Shown piece by piece: positions 24,148 through 36,772 of a DNA stretch of 64,000 bases (the stretch's first letter is position 1; every line of letters begins with the position of its first letter). A model generated the notes under the pieces. That model was not told the origin of the DNA. It worked only from the letters and a program-made list of their open reading frames with translations, and searched no databases. Source of the stretch: Paraspadella gotoi (taxonomy: Eukaryota > Animalia > Chaetognatha); NCBI GenBank assembly GCA_051294375.1, contig CM119263.1, positions 26,759,525-26,823,524 on the forward strand, read 5' to 3'. The translations under genes were made by a program, and so were the position numbers.

Positions 24148-26022
24148 CTCTCGCTGAACAACTTAGTTTGCTTTCTTTCCCTTTCTTCTCCTGGACCAAA
24201 TTTAGCTTCTCCACTTTTGAACCGAATGTTGGAGTTCTCACTCGCGCAGCATTTTTGGTAAGCGCCGCTTTCGGTAGCGCCGCGTTGTTGTGTTTGCATC
24301 GAAAAGAGACGCAGTTTTTTTTTTCCTATAACTACGACGTTTGACGCGACGCGCTGAAGACGGCGATGGCATAGATGGCAATGCTTTACGCCAATCTTCG
24401 GTGGTAAAAATTGGTGGTATCAGGATCTTTGTGACGTGGTTGTGTGCCAAGAGGACCCCCTAATTACGAACATCCTAAACAGGACCTTTTACAATTCAGT
24501 GAGATTTAGGTCCTCAGCTTGCAACAGAAAAAGCAGCTTTTTGTTCTTTTTCAGTGGAGAACAGCGTAACTAACTGCAGTTCAAGTTTCATTTTCTCTTA
24601 TCAACCAGCCCACTACCTTGTCTCCTAATTTTGCGTTTGCTTTTTTCTTTTTCTTTTTCGTTTGGAAACTCCATAAAGTAAACTCTCTTTTTCTCTCTCT
24701 CTTCTCTCTCCTCGTCTCTCTCTCTCTCTCCTCATTCGTCTCATCGTCAGTCTCTCCTCTCTCTCTCTCTCACTCTCTTCTCTCCTCTCTCCCTTTTAAT
24801 CTTATCTCTAACTCTGCCCTCATTGAGATGAACCTAGCTCTATTTTCCGCGACTCAAAAATCTCTTAAGGGTCTTCAATGAATTCTCTATCCCTTTATTC
24901 TTTCTCTGTCTCACTTTAAGCTCTCCCGCCGACCTCTTGCTCATCCACCTGACCCTAATACTTGAGTCGAACTACCCGGTCAACCCTCACTCTTTCCTTT
25001 TTTCCCTCCGAATTATTTTCGTTTTCGCTCAACGAATTCAAACATAAAACTCCTCTCTTCTTTTTTTATTAGCTTCTCTCTCTTTGTTTCTCTCTCTCTC
25101 TCTTTCTCTCACACACTCTCTTCTCTCTCTCTCTATCTATTTGTTTTTTTTTTACTTCATTTTCTTTTCATCCTCAACGCAGTTGGATTGAATCAGAATG
25201 TCCACCTTCCCTTCTCGAGTTGACAAAAAAGATTGGAATTTTCCCGCATATTTTTTTTAAAAAAGGTAAACTTTCTTCCTTCTTTCAAATTTCTGCTCGG
25301 TGCTAAGATTACATTTCCCAAAAAAACAAAAAATCCACCAACTTTCCGAAAGAAAGATAATTCGTGTTTCGTGAAAAATGTTAAAAATATTCAAAAGTTT
25401 ACACAAGAAAAGATTAAAGCATAAGGGATTTCTCTCGGATTCATTTTTGCGTCATCTGTACCGTTCTTGAAATAAAAAAATAATAGCTCGTAAAAAAATA
25501 CATATTTAAATTTTTTTTCTTTATTTTTTTTAAAATAGCGTTTTCTAGGCCCCGGAGAGAGAGGAGAGAGAGAGAGAGAGACGAGAGAGAGAAGCAGAGA
25601 GAGAAGAGAGAGAGAGAGAGAGAGATGAGAGAAAGAGAAGAGAGAGAGAGAGAGGAAGAAGAGAGAGAGAGAGAGGAGAAGAGGAGAGAGAGAGAGAGAG
25701 AGCGTTCGTATTTCACGGACTGCCGCCGCCCCCGAGTATATCGCCGAAAAAATATATTTTTTGAACATCCTTGTCTATCAGTTTGTGCAGGCTTTACCCT
25801 CGTCCGTCCGCTTCTTCGCGCCTCGAGAGTTCGTCCTTATTTTATTATGCTTTTTCTCGGGTTTTGGGGTTTTCGCCGCGAGTACTCGCTGAGCTAACTC
25901 TGTAAGTCGATTGGGCGTGTCCGTCTCTCTTTCAGTTATGTCCGTTTTGCCCGTCCCGTGCCGTCGGTCTGTTGTAGCGTTCAAATATCACATCATGGTC
26001 AGTAAGCCATTTTATTTATGAA
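23720..26022 (+). repeat. Direct duplication copy 1 (noisy)
   Basis: Colinear with 27851-30185, e.g. gacatcattagtaacgcacgtcgttggtagac and ccgcgactcaaaaatctcttaagggtctt. Confidence 0.9.
25866..25975 (+). mobile_element. Truncated/degenerate HINE 5' end (also at ~30045-30132)
   Basis: cgccgcgagtactcgctgagcta(a)ctctgtaagtcg followed by gtcc/gtcg repeats. Shares the core of the 32740 palindrome. Confidence 0.5.
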
Positions 26023-27229
26023 AAAATCCTTTAAAAAGCAATAGTGATCGAGGCCGGTTTTCCGATGGTAAACCAAATTATTGAATGCGGAGATAACGCA
26101 TATTGATGCGCCATGAATAACACAATAATTGATTGCGTGAGTTGAATAACAAAATACTGATGTGAATGATAATCAATCATTGATTCGATGATAGTCATTT
26201 CATTGATGTGATGATAATTCATTCATGGAATATGTGATAATCATTCATTGGATGTGCGATGAATAATGATTCTTATGAGCTGACGCGATTGAATCATTCA
26301 TTGCGTAAATAAACCAACAAATGCGTTGTATGAATGAAAGAGAGAGAGGAGAGAGAGAAGGGAGAGAGAAGAGAGAGAAGAGAGAGAGAGAGAGAGAGGA
26401 GAGGAGAGAGAGAAAGAAGAGGAGGGTTGGAGAGGAGGCTGGTCCAGTTTTCACTCATCAGTTTAATTATAAAGAAATAAAATCAAATTTTTTGAAAAAA
26501 AATTCCACCGATAAATCTCGGATGTAAATTTGGGATTTTGTATTGAGAAAAGAAAAAGGGGGAATAAATCGGCGGAAATAAGATTAGAGAAGAAAAAAAA
26601 AAGAAGAGAGAGGAGAGAGAGAGAGAGAGAGGAGGAGAGAGAAGAAGGGAGAGGAGACTGTAGGAGAAGCTGGACCGCCTGGCAAAAGACTGAAAGCTGC
26701 GTTGTTTTTCGAGACGTATCTGAGTAGGGACGACTCTTTTCCTTTCTTAGATATGTTTTTACTTATCAAAAAAATTTTAGGTCTCATCTTAAAAAAGTTT
26801 TTAATTCCTAGAATGAAAATTTTTAGATTGTTCTTTTTTTGTTTTTTTTTTTTTAAGGAGAAACCAGACCGAGGTCAAATTTTAAAATTGTCATATTTGC
26901 ATATTTAACCTAATTTATAAATATTTATCCCAACTCAAATAATTATGATTTTAAAAAGAAAATAAAAATGGTGGATTAAATATATTCAGCTAAAAAAAAA
27001 TTTTACAATTTAAATATTGTAAATATTGTTGAGAGATGAAACAAAAACGTAATGTTGTAAATTTGACAATTATCTCTCTCTTTGTCTCAACTCCTATTGT
27101 TCGATATACATTTTGCCAAAGAGTCGGGTGCGGGGCGCGCGGGTAGCCGACCGGTCCAAAGTTACAGTAAATTAACACAAATCATAAAAAATTTTTTTGG
27201 TAGAAAGTTATATTATGACAATTAATTAA

Positions 27230-27261
27230 TCCGCGCAATTGCGCGGACATATAGCAGCTAT
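27230..27261 (+). mobile_element. Probable Helitron 3' terminus (hairpin + CTRR-like)
   Basis: Perfect 18 bp palindrome tccgcgcaattgcgcgga (27230-27247), followed 10 nt later by CTAT (one mismatch to CTRR). The 5' end was not identified. Confidence 0.4.
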
Positions 27262-27850
27262 AAATGTACAGCAGCAAGCTGATGTAATGGTGACCATTGC
27301 CTGCATTTTTTTTTCTTAAAATGGAAATCCATGAAAATCTTGGATGTAATTTGGGATTTTTATAGAGAAAAAAAAATAAAATGGCGGATAATAATAAAAG
27401 TTTTTTAGAAGGAAAAAATAATAGAATTTCAAAAAACGAACGAATCGTACATTCGAGAGAGAGAGAGAGGAGAGAGAGGAACGAGGAGAGAGAGGAGAGA
27501 GAGAAAGAGAGAGAGAGAAAGCTGAAGAGCCGGAACTCGTTTACTCGTTTTACTCGTCGCCTGGTGAAAAAAAAACAAAAACAAGTGAAAACCTCAAAAA
27601 TAGAAATTTTTTGTTGGAAAAAAAAAAAAAGAGAGAGAGGAGAGAATATAGAGGAGGGCCCAGCCGGCGCGGCGGGAAACTCGTCGTTTTATGAGGGAGG
27701 TGATAATAAAAAAAAAGGTGACTAAAAATTATTTTTGTCAAAAAAACAGAGATAGAAAGGAGCGAAAGAGAGAGGAGGAGGGACCAGGATCGAGAGAAAG
27801 ATAGAAGAGAAGAGAGGAGAGAGAGGAGAGAGGAGAGAGAAGAGAGACCT

Positions 27851-29275
27851 CTTTTTCTCTCTCCCTCCATGCCCTCTCAACACCCACAAATTTAATCCAC
27901 GAACCTTTCGCTTAACAAAAACAAAATGACAACCGACTGCCAATATATTTCATTTTTTGAAAACTTCATTTTTTTTAAACCGCAAAGACATCATTAGTAA
28001 CGCACGTCGTTGGTAGACGTCGCTAACGACTTCATTTCTTAACTTTAACGATTTCATTCTTCAAAAACAAAAGACGGTCTGACGAAGCAAACGAACTTCT
28101 TATTTTTTATTCACGATTTTTGTTTTGACACCGAAATCGACAACAAAAAAATTGTTTCTACCATAAAAGTTTTCTCCTCTCTCNNNNNNNNNNNNNNNNN
28201 NNNNNNNNNNNNNNNNNNNNNNNNNNNNNNNNNNNNNNNNNNNNNNNNNNNNNNNNNNNNNNNNNNNNNNNNNNNNNNNNNNNNNNNNNNNNNNNNNNNN
28301 NNNNNNNNNNNNNNNNNNNNNNNNNNNNNNNNNNNNNNNNNNNNNNNNNNNTATTGCTGTCTTCCTTTCTTCTCCTGGACCAAATTTAGCTCTCCACTTT
28401 GACGAATGTTGAGTTCTCACTCGCGCAGCATTTTTGGTAGCGCCGCTTTCGGTAGCGCCGCGTTTTTGTTTGCATCGAAAAGTGACGCCAGTTTTTTTTT
28501 CTATACTACGACGTTGACGTTGACGCGATGCATAGATGGCAATGCTTACGCCATCTTCGGTGGTAAAATTGGTATCAGGATCTTTGGGACGGGTTTGACC
28601 AAGGACCCAATTACGACATCCTACACAGGACTTACATTCAGTGAGATTAGTCCTCAGCTGCAACAGCAAAAGCAGCTTTTGTTCTTTTTCAGTGGAGGAA
28701 CAGCGTAACTAACTCAGTACAAGTTTCATTTTCTCTTATCACCAGCCACTACCTTTGTCTCCTAATTTTCGTTTCTTTTTCTTTTCTTTTTTGTTTGGAA
28801 ACTCCATAAGTAAACTCTCTTTCTCTCTCTCTCTCTCTCNNNNNNNNNNNNNNNNNNNNNNNNNNNNNNNNNNNNNNNNNNNNNNNNNNNNNNNNNNNNN
28901 NNNNNNNNNNNNNNNNNNNNNNNNNNNNNNNNNNNNNNNNNNNNNNNNNNNNNNNNNNNNNNNNNNNNNNNNNNNNNNNNNNNNNNNNNNNNNNNNNNNN
29001 NNNNNNNNNNNNNNNNNNNNNNNNCCTCATTGAGATGACCTACTCTATTTTCCGCGACTCAAAAATCTCTTAAGGGTCTTTCAATGAATTCTCTATCCCT
29101 TTATTCTTTCACTGTCTCACTTTAACTCTCCCGACAACTCTTGCTCATCTACCTGACCCTAATACTTGAGTCGAACTTACCCGTCAACCCTCACTCTTTT
29201 CTTTTTTCCCTTCGGAATTATTTTCGTTTTCGCTCAACGAATTCAAACATAAAACTCTCTCTTCTTTTTTATTAG

Positions 29276-29322
<47 letters not shown>

Positions 29323-30185
29323 ATTTGTTTTTTTTACTTCATTTTCTTTTCATCTTCAACCAGTTGGATTGTCAGAATGTCACCTTCCCTTCTCGAGTTG
29401 ACAAAAAAGATTGGAATTCCCGCATATTTTTTTTAAAAGGTAAACTTTCTTCCTTCTTCAAATTTCTGCTCGGCTAAGATTACATTTCCAAAAAAAAAAA
29501 CCAAAAAAAACCACCACTTTCCAACAGATAACTTTCGAGAAAATGTAAAAAATCAAAGTTACAAGATTACAAGATTACTCTCGATTCATTTTTGCTCATC
29601 CGTTCTGAAATAAAAAATAATAATCTCGTAAAAAAATACATATTTATTTTTTTNNNNNNNNNNNNNNNNNNNNNNNNNNNNNNNNNNNNNNNNNNNNNNN
29701 NNNNNNNNNNNNNNNNNNNNNNNNNNNNNNNNNNNNNNNNNNNNNNNNNNNNNNNNNNNNNNNNNNNNNNNNNNNNNNNNNNNNNNNNNNNNNNNNNNNN
29801 NNNNNNNNNNNNNNNNNNNNNNNNNNNNNNNNNNNNNNNNNNNNNNNNNNNNNNNNNNNNNNNGAGAGAGAGAGAGAGAGAGAGAGAGCTCGTATTTCAC
29901 GGACTCGCCGCCCCGGAGTTATATCGCGAAAAAATATATTTTTTCGAATCTTGTCTTCATTTGTGAGGCTTTAACCCTCTTCCGTCCGCTTCTCGCGCCT
30001 TCGAGAGTTCGTCTTATTTATTTTATTGCTTTTTCTTCGGGTTTTGGTTTTCGCCGCGAGTACTCGCTGAGCTACTCTGTAAGTCGCTTGGGCGTTAGTC
30101 GTTTTGCCGGTCCGTCCGTCGGTCTGTTGTACTGTGGTTTCATTGCGCTCAAATATCATATCATCATAAGCATTTTATTTATGAA
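27851..30185 (+). repeat. Direct duplication copy 2 (microsatellites masked as N)
   Basis: Matches 23720-26022. Its N gaps fall where copy 1 has (CT)n/(GA)n runs. Confidence 0.9.
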
Positions 30186-30598
30186 TAACGATGTATAGGA
30201 CTAACCTGTATGCATGTTTGTTTCTTATTTAGTACTCAATCATTTATTGATAAAAAATATGATAAATAATAATAAATATTCAAAATATTTTAAAAATTAT
30301 TTTTAAAAATATCATGCAAATGAGGTTTAGAGCGAGGCCTTCAAAAAACAAATGATCAACGGAATTTCGGCGCAACAATTGGGACTCGCTATTCCTTGTT
30401 CTTCGCTTCGCCGGTGGATAAGAACTCCGAGGATAAAACGCTCGATCGCCCGCGGCTAAAGGGATTCGGGATTCGATAGAAAAGAAATAGAAATGTTATA
30501 AAAATAAAACGTTGCAAAAAGAAAGTATTTCTTTCTTTTTTTTTTAAACGAGGGGGAAAAAACTGGATATATTNNNNNNNNNNNNNNNNNNNNNNNNN

Positions 30599-31727
30599 GA
30601 AGAGCCAGCTCGTATTTGCACCGGATCTTAACGCTCGCCCCGGAGATTTATATCGCTGAAAAAATAATATTTTTTCCGAGACTTTCATGTCTTCGGCGAT
30701 TATTTGCTCGAGGCTCTTTAGAAACCCTGCTTCCGGTCCGCCTTCTCGCCCCATTCGAGAGTTTCTTATGTTAGTTTATTAGCTTTTTCTTAGTTCAGGT
30801 TTTGGTTGTTTTGTTTTTTTTTTTTCGTTTTTTTATTGAGGATGTGGCGGTTTAGAGTGGGGTGTGGGATCGGTGGGGTTTGGTAGGGAGTGTTTGTGAA
30901 CGGGTGAGTGTGGGTGGGTGGGTGGTATGATGTTTGTTCGAGTTTTTGTTGTCGGCTTTGGGGGTGTTGGTTGTGGTTTTATATGTGTTCTTTTGTTTTT
31001 TTTGTTTTTCTTTTTCGGTTTCGGTTGGACTGATTTTTTTTTTTTTTTTTTGGTTACGTTTTATCGTCTATGAGTAGGTTTTTCTATTTATGATCTTATT
31101 ATCTTGCTGTTGGGTTGAGAGTGTTTTGTTCAAGTGTATGTTGTGGGTTTTGGATTCTTAGCGGATGTTGTTATTTTGGTTTTTGGTTTCTGTTTGTTTT
31201 TGATTTGGAGTTGATATAGTTTTTTTTTTTTTTTTTTTGTCCTTCGTGTTTTGTTCCGTCCGTCGGTCTGTTGTACTGTGGTTCATTGCGCTCAATATCA
31301 TATCAAAAGCATTTTATTTATGAATTAACGATGTATAGGACTTGGGATAACCTGTATTGCATGTTTGTTTACTTATTTTGTACTCAATATTTATTGATAA
31401 AAAAATATGATAAATATTATAATAATATTTCAGAAATATTTTAAAAATTATCTTTTTAAAAATATCATGCAAATGAGGTTTAGAGGCGAGGCCTTCAAAA
31501 ACAAATGATCAACGGAATTTCGTGCGCAACAATTAGGGACTCGCTATTCCTTGTTCTCGCTTCGCCGGTGGATAAGAACTCCGGGATAAACGCTCGATCG
31601 CCCGCGGCTTAAAGGGATTCGGGATTCGATAGAAAGAAATAGAAATGTTATAAAAATTAAAACGTTGCAAAAAAGAAAGATATTCTCTTTCTTTTTTTTT
31701 ATTAACGAGGGGGAAAAAACTGGATTT
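30599..31727 (+). repeat. Noisy re-copy of ~29885-30570 after a 25-N gap
   Basis: 30599-30790 resembles 29885-30050 and 31255-31727 matches 30111-30570. A low-complexity TG-rich stretch lies between them. Confidence 0.8.
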
Positions 31728-31771
31728 CATGGGTTTTGAGAGCAAGAGAAGAGGAGAGAGAAAAGAGAGAG

Positions 31772-31823
<52 letters not shown>

Positions 31824-32444
31824 GGAGAAAAGCTGAAAGACGAAACATCGAATTTTTTTGACCGAAGGAGTGGATAGAGAGAGAGAGAAAGGAGAAGGCG
31901 ATAAAATTCGTAAAATCATATAAACAACCACAACAACAACTCAACCTTCATTCTCCCCCTCCGCTTCTTGAAAAATAAAAATTCAACCCATAATTCTCAT
32001 ATTCGCTTTTCCCGATACTTAACACCTCCGGATATCACGTGATCGTTAACCCTCTCTATCTCTATCAAGTTCTTCCTTCTTTTCTCTATCTCTATCTCTA
32101 TCTCTATCAAGTTCTTCCTTCTTTTCTCTTTGTCTCAACCCTGTACATCTTGCTCTCTAGTCTCCTCCAGTCTCCATATACGAGTTCCCTCTGCAAGTTA
32201 TTACATTTCCTGAGAGCAAACAATGTCCCAAGGATATCGATTACTCCCCACAGTGAATCACCAAAGTGAATCCCACTCATCCCTTGTTTTCCAAATATTT
32301 CGCCTCTTTTCCCTCTCTTGATACTGCGCTTCCCCCCCCCCACGATCCATTACCTTGGCGACATTCTCTCTTCATACTAACTTACCCTTTCTCGACCTTC
32401 TTTTTCCACTCGTTCTTCCCTCCTCCTCCCTCACTCCCTCTCTT

Positions 32445-32566
32445 CCTCCCCATCGCTCTTCCTTTCCTCCTTTTTCCTCTCTCTCTTCTTCTCTTAAGTA
32501 CCATTCCTCCCCATCGCTCTTCCTTTCCTCCTTTTTCCTCTCTCTCTTCTTCTCTTAAGTACCATT
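32445..32566 (+). repeat. 61 bp tandem repeat x2, pyrimidine-rich
   Basis: cctccccatcgctcttcctttcctcctttttcctctctctcttcttctcttaagtaccatt occurs twice. Confidence 0.9.
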
Positions 32567-32733
32567 GCTCCCCCTTGTCCTTCCCATATGCACTAGCGTC
32601 TCATTATTTCTCTCTCTCATTCCCCGATCCTTCTTGCCTTCGTCCTTGGTCTCCATTTCTCTGTGACCTTTATCACCAGATCTGGCTGATCTTCCCTATG
32701 ATATCTTCCGGTTCTTTATTACTTTTTCCCTCC

Positions 32734-33132
32734 TTTTTTAGTTGCGCCGCGAGTACTCGCGGAGCAACTTTATAAGCCACTTTTCGGTCGGTTGGTCGGT
32801 CGGTCCGTCGATTTATTGGTCGGTCACTATGTTGGTTCATCGGTCTGTCCCACTTACGTTAAAAATGCGTATAATTTGCCTATAGCTGGTTGCTCTTTTG
32901 TTAACACAGAAAAAAACCTGAAATCTAAGGGACTGCAAGCGCCGCCTTCAGGAAATCCTAAAACTATAAAGAATAAAAGACGGAATTTTGATTCAGTCCT
33001 TGCTATAAATACACGGACTAAGAAAGTTATTGGAGTCATGCAGTCACGTCTTGTCATGTCAGGTCACGTCATGTCATATCAGGAGAAATACACGTGATAA
33101 GGCGGTCACTGCGGAGCAACCGTTCTTGTTTT
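32734..33132 (+). mobile_element. Helentron-associated interspersed element (HINE / DINE-1-like, non-autonomous)
   Basis: T-run, then a 30 bp palindrome agttgcgccgcgagt-actcgcggagcaact (32740-32769), then a (GTCG/GTCC)-type microsatellite. A subterminal gcggagcaac (33111-33120), inverted relative to the 5' end, sits inside an imperfect 3' stem-loop, and the element ends cttgtttt. This matches the described HINE architecture. Confidence 0.7.
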
Positions 33133-34328
33133 CCCTTTTTCCTTCTTTCAACGCCTCGTCAACTTACCCACTTTAATACTTTCGTTGCTCATCATTTGAC
33201 TGACCTTTTGTTTTATCCTACTTTTGAGATGATAAGTAAGTTTCCCTCCTATTTTTCCTCCCACCCTTACATATTCTTTCTTCCCTATCCTCTTACTATT
33301 TGTACCTCCATTTCTTTCCTTCTTTTTCTGTTAACCCTCCCACTGTGACGGTGTTTTGCCAAAACATTCTTGGTTATTGCACTTTGTTACGCGCATAAAT
33401 TTTCAATATAACTTTTAACTTTATACATCTTTCATTATTTTATAAAGTGTCTACATGCAATCATACTTACAATTATATTGTGACTTTCTGTGATATAACT
33501 CCCATCCGACCTTTTTCCGCCGACTCGATTTGCGATAACAACTTATGCGCTCGCATAATATGCGCGCACGGACAAGGCGAGCGAAGAAATAGTGCGCGCA
33601 GAATGGGTGCGCCCGGTAAAGACTGAGGTGTGTGCGATCTATGGGTGAGCGCGCGGCAAAGGTTCGTCTCATGCGTTTATTTTTTCTTAGAAAAAAAAAT
33701 TGTTTACTTTAAAGTTTAAACTACGAATTTTTAAAAGGGCAAACGCCTCGATGAAAAAAAAAAACCCGCGCTTAAAAAAAAAACACCACAAAGAAAAAGA
33801 GAGAAAATGGCGAAGACGTCAACAAAAAACATGACAAGAGCGACGAGAGCAACAAAAAAACGGAGAAGATGAAAAAAAAAANNNNNNNNNNNNNNNNNNN
33901 NNNNNNAAAAACGAGGTTTCCGAATCAAAAAAGCGTTATTCCTCTCTCTCGTCTCTCTTCATCAATTCTCTTCTGTCCCTTCTCTCTCTCTCTCTCTCTC
34001 TCTCCATCTCTCTCTCTCATACGGGTTAGGTTTGAATTACGCCACACACAAACATCTCGGAGCAGAGCGGAGGTCATGGAGGATTGTATCCCCCTGCCAG
34101 TGTCTGTCAGGGACAGATGGCTGCGTCAGAGGATAACCGTCTGGCTTTCTCGTCCTTAAGAAGTTACGCAACGCTTCTTGTTTCTTTCTTTCTTCGGACT
34201 TGTTCGGGTCTGGATTTCTCCTTCTCCGCTCTCTCTCTCTCGGTCATCATCACTTCTCTCCTTCTCGTTCTTCTCTCTCTTCTCGTCCTCCTCTCGTCTC
34301 TCGTCTCTCAGTCTCTCTCTCTCTCGTA

Positions 34329-35469
34329 CTCCATGACACGCCCGAGACCAATATTTCGAGATAAGGAGTTGTCCAAAATGCGCGCTGTTGGCGCGCACCT
34401 GCGTCAGCCGTCTTGCATTATTAGGCCCGGCATCTGCATTTTTGCGTCGGGACATGAAGCCGATCCCGGGCCTAGAAAAACCGCGGCTTTAGAATTGCCG
34501 CAGCGCCGACGCTGGAACTGGACGACGACGGACGAGGATAATGAGCAAATATCGAAAGACGGATCGAAGACGTTAATTGCGCGACACCTGTGCTGACGAT
34601 TTATATTAAGTTCCCCTTAAGAGACGCTGACGTCCCTCAGTGAGGAAAATTTGATAATATTTGGTGGTGGGCAAAAAAATTATGATCAGAGAAGAGAAGC
34701 GTTAAAAATATGCAATGAGGGAGATTTAATGATACGACTTAGGTAAACGGGACCGTGAGTGTTTTAGAAAACTATAAAACGGACAAAGAAAAAACCCGCG
34801 GACGTTTTTTTCGTTGAGACCAAAAATAAATATCTTTTTATCCAAATAAATAAGGTTGATGATAATGAAAAGTCAAAAGAGGTATTCGCGAGACGCGATG
34901 TATATTCGGCCAAGCGAGGGAAAAGGGAGTCGCTGAGCGTCCTGTAGTCCGTCTCTCTCTCCGTGCTCTCTCTTCATTCTCCTATCGTCTCTCCATGACA
35001 CGCCCAGACCATATTCGAAAGAGTTGCCAAATCGCGCGCTCGCCGTCTTGGCTTATCGGGCCCCGCATCTGCATTTTGCTCGACAGAAGCCGATCCCGGC
35101 CGGAAAAACCGGCTTAGATTCGCACCGACGACGACGACGACGACGAGGATAACGAAGACGACGAAGACGTTTATTGCGCGAACCTGACGATTATTAATTT
35201 CCCTAAGAGACGACGCCCAGTGAGAAAATTGAAATATTTGTGTGGGCAAAAAAATATAAGAGAAAAAGCTTAAAATATGAATGAGAGATTAATATACGAC
35301 TTAGTAAAACGGGACCGTGTGTTTTAAACTTATAAAAACGGACAAAAAAAACCTCGGACTTTTTCTTGAACAAAAATACTTTTATCAAATAAATAAGTTG
35401 AATAAAAGTCAAAGAGGTATTCGCCTCGATGTATATGGCCAACGAGGGAAAGGGAGTCGCGATCGTATC
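34329..35469 (+). repeat. Tandem duplication (34329-34950 noisy; 34992-35469)
   Basis: Both copies start ctccatgacacgccc(g)agacc and end gggagtcgc. Copy 1 is longer because of many single-base insertions. Confidence 0.85.
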
Positions 35470-36716
35470 TCTCTCTCTCTCTCTCTCTCTCTCNNNNNNN
35501 NNNNNNNNNNNNNNNNNNNNNNNNNNNNNNNNNNNNNNNNNNNNNNNNNNNNNNNNNNNNNNNNNNNNNNNNNNNNNNNNNNNNNNNNNNNNNNNNNNNN
35601 NNNNNNNNNNNNNNNNNNNNNNNNNNNNNNNNNNNNNNNNNNNNNNNNNNNNNNNNNNNNNNNNNNNNNNNNNNNNNNNNNNNNNNNTTTCTTTTTTTTT
35701 CCTCCAAAAACTCGTATTCCTCAGCGAATTTCTTTGACGCTTCTTGTCGGCCTTCGTCGGCCGGTGTCCGGTTGAGTCGGGCGGCGGAGTCGGGCGGCGG
35801 TGTCGGCTTGTGGTGTCGGCCAGGGGAAGTAGCAGAACTGCTGATCCACCGACGCGAGGGGGTGAAGGATTTGTATGTCATGTCGCGAGAGAAGAAGGAG
35901 AAGAAAAAGAAAAAGAAGAGGAAAAGGAAAAGGAAAAGGAAAAGGAAAAGGAAAAGGNNNNNNNNNNNNNNNNNNNNNNNNNNNNNNNNNNNNNNNNNNN
36001 NNNNNNNNNNNNNNNNNNNNNNNNNNNNNNNNNNNNNNNNNNNNNNNNNNNNNNNNNNNNNNNNNNNNNNNNNNNNNNNNNNNNNNNNNNNNNNNNNNNN
36101 NNNNNNNNNNNNNNNNNNNNNNNNNNNNNNNNNNNNNNNNNNNNNNNNNNNNNNNNNNNNNNNNNNNNNNNNNNNNNNNNNNNNNNNNNNNNNNNNNNNN
36201 NNNNNNNNNNNNNNNNNNNNNNNNNNNNNNNNNNNNNNNNNNNNNNNNNNNNNNNNNNNNNNNNNNNNNNNNNNNNNNNNNNNNNNNNNNNNNNNNNNNN
36301 NNNNNNNNNNNNNNNNNNNNNNNNNNNNNNNNNNNNNNNNNNNNNNNNNNNNNNNNNNNNNNNNNNNNNNNNNNNNNNNNNNNNNNNNNNNNNNNNNNNN
36401 NNNNNNNNNNNNNNNNNNNNNNNNNNNNNNNNNNNNNNNNNNNNNNNNNNNNNNNNNNNNNNNNNNNNNNNNNNNNNNNNNNNNNNNNNNNNNNNNNNNN
36501 NNNNNNNNNNNNNNNNNNNNNNNNNNNNNNNNNNNNNNNNNNNNNNNNNNNNNNNNNNNNNNNNNNNNNNNNNNNNNNNNNNNNNNNNNNNNNNNNNNNN
36601 NNNNNNNNNNNNNNNNNNNNNNNNNNNNNNNNNNNNNNNTTTCTAAATTTTTTGTTCTACTTTTTCGCCGTTTTTCCTCACGAACGGCGACACTTTGGAA
36701 ATTAGAAAGATATCTC

Positions 36717-36772
<56 letters not shown>

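Noticed and set aside
30790-31250. Abrupt TG-rich low-complexity block
   Set aside because: It sits inside a noisy duplicate after a 25-N gap and is absent from the cleaner copy, so it is most likely a low-quality read segment. The same applies to ~14095-14200 and possibly ~26040-26330.
33347-33668. Possible MITE (gacg....tttgcc / ggcaaa....cgtc ends, internal gcgcgc repeats)
   Set aside because: The terminal match is only 10 of 14 bases and there is no TSD.
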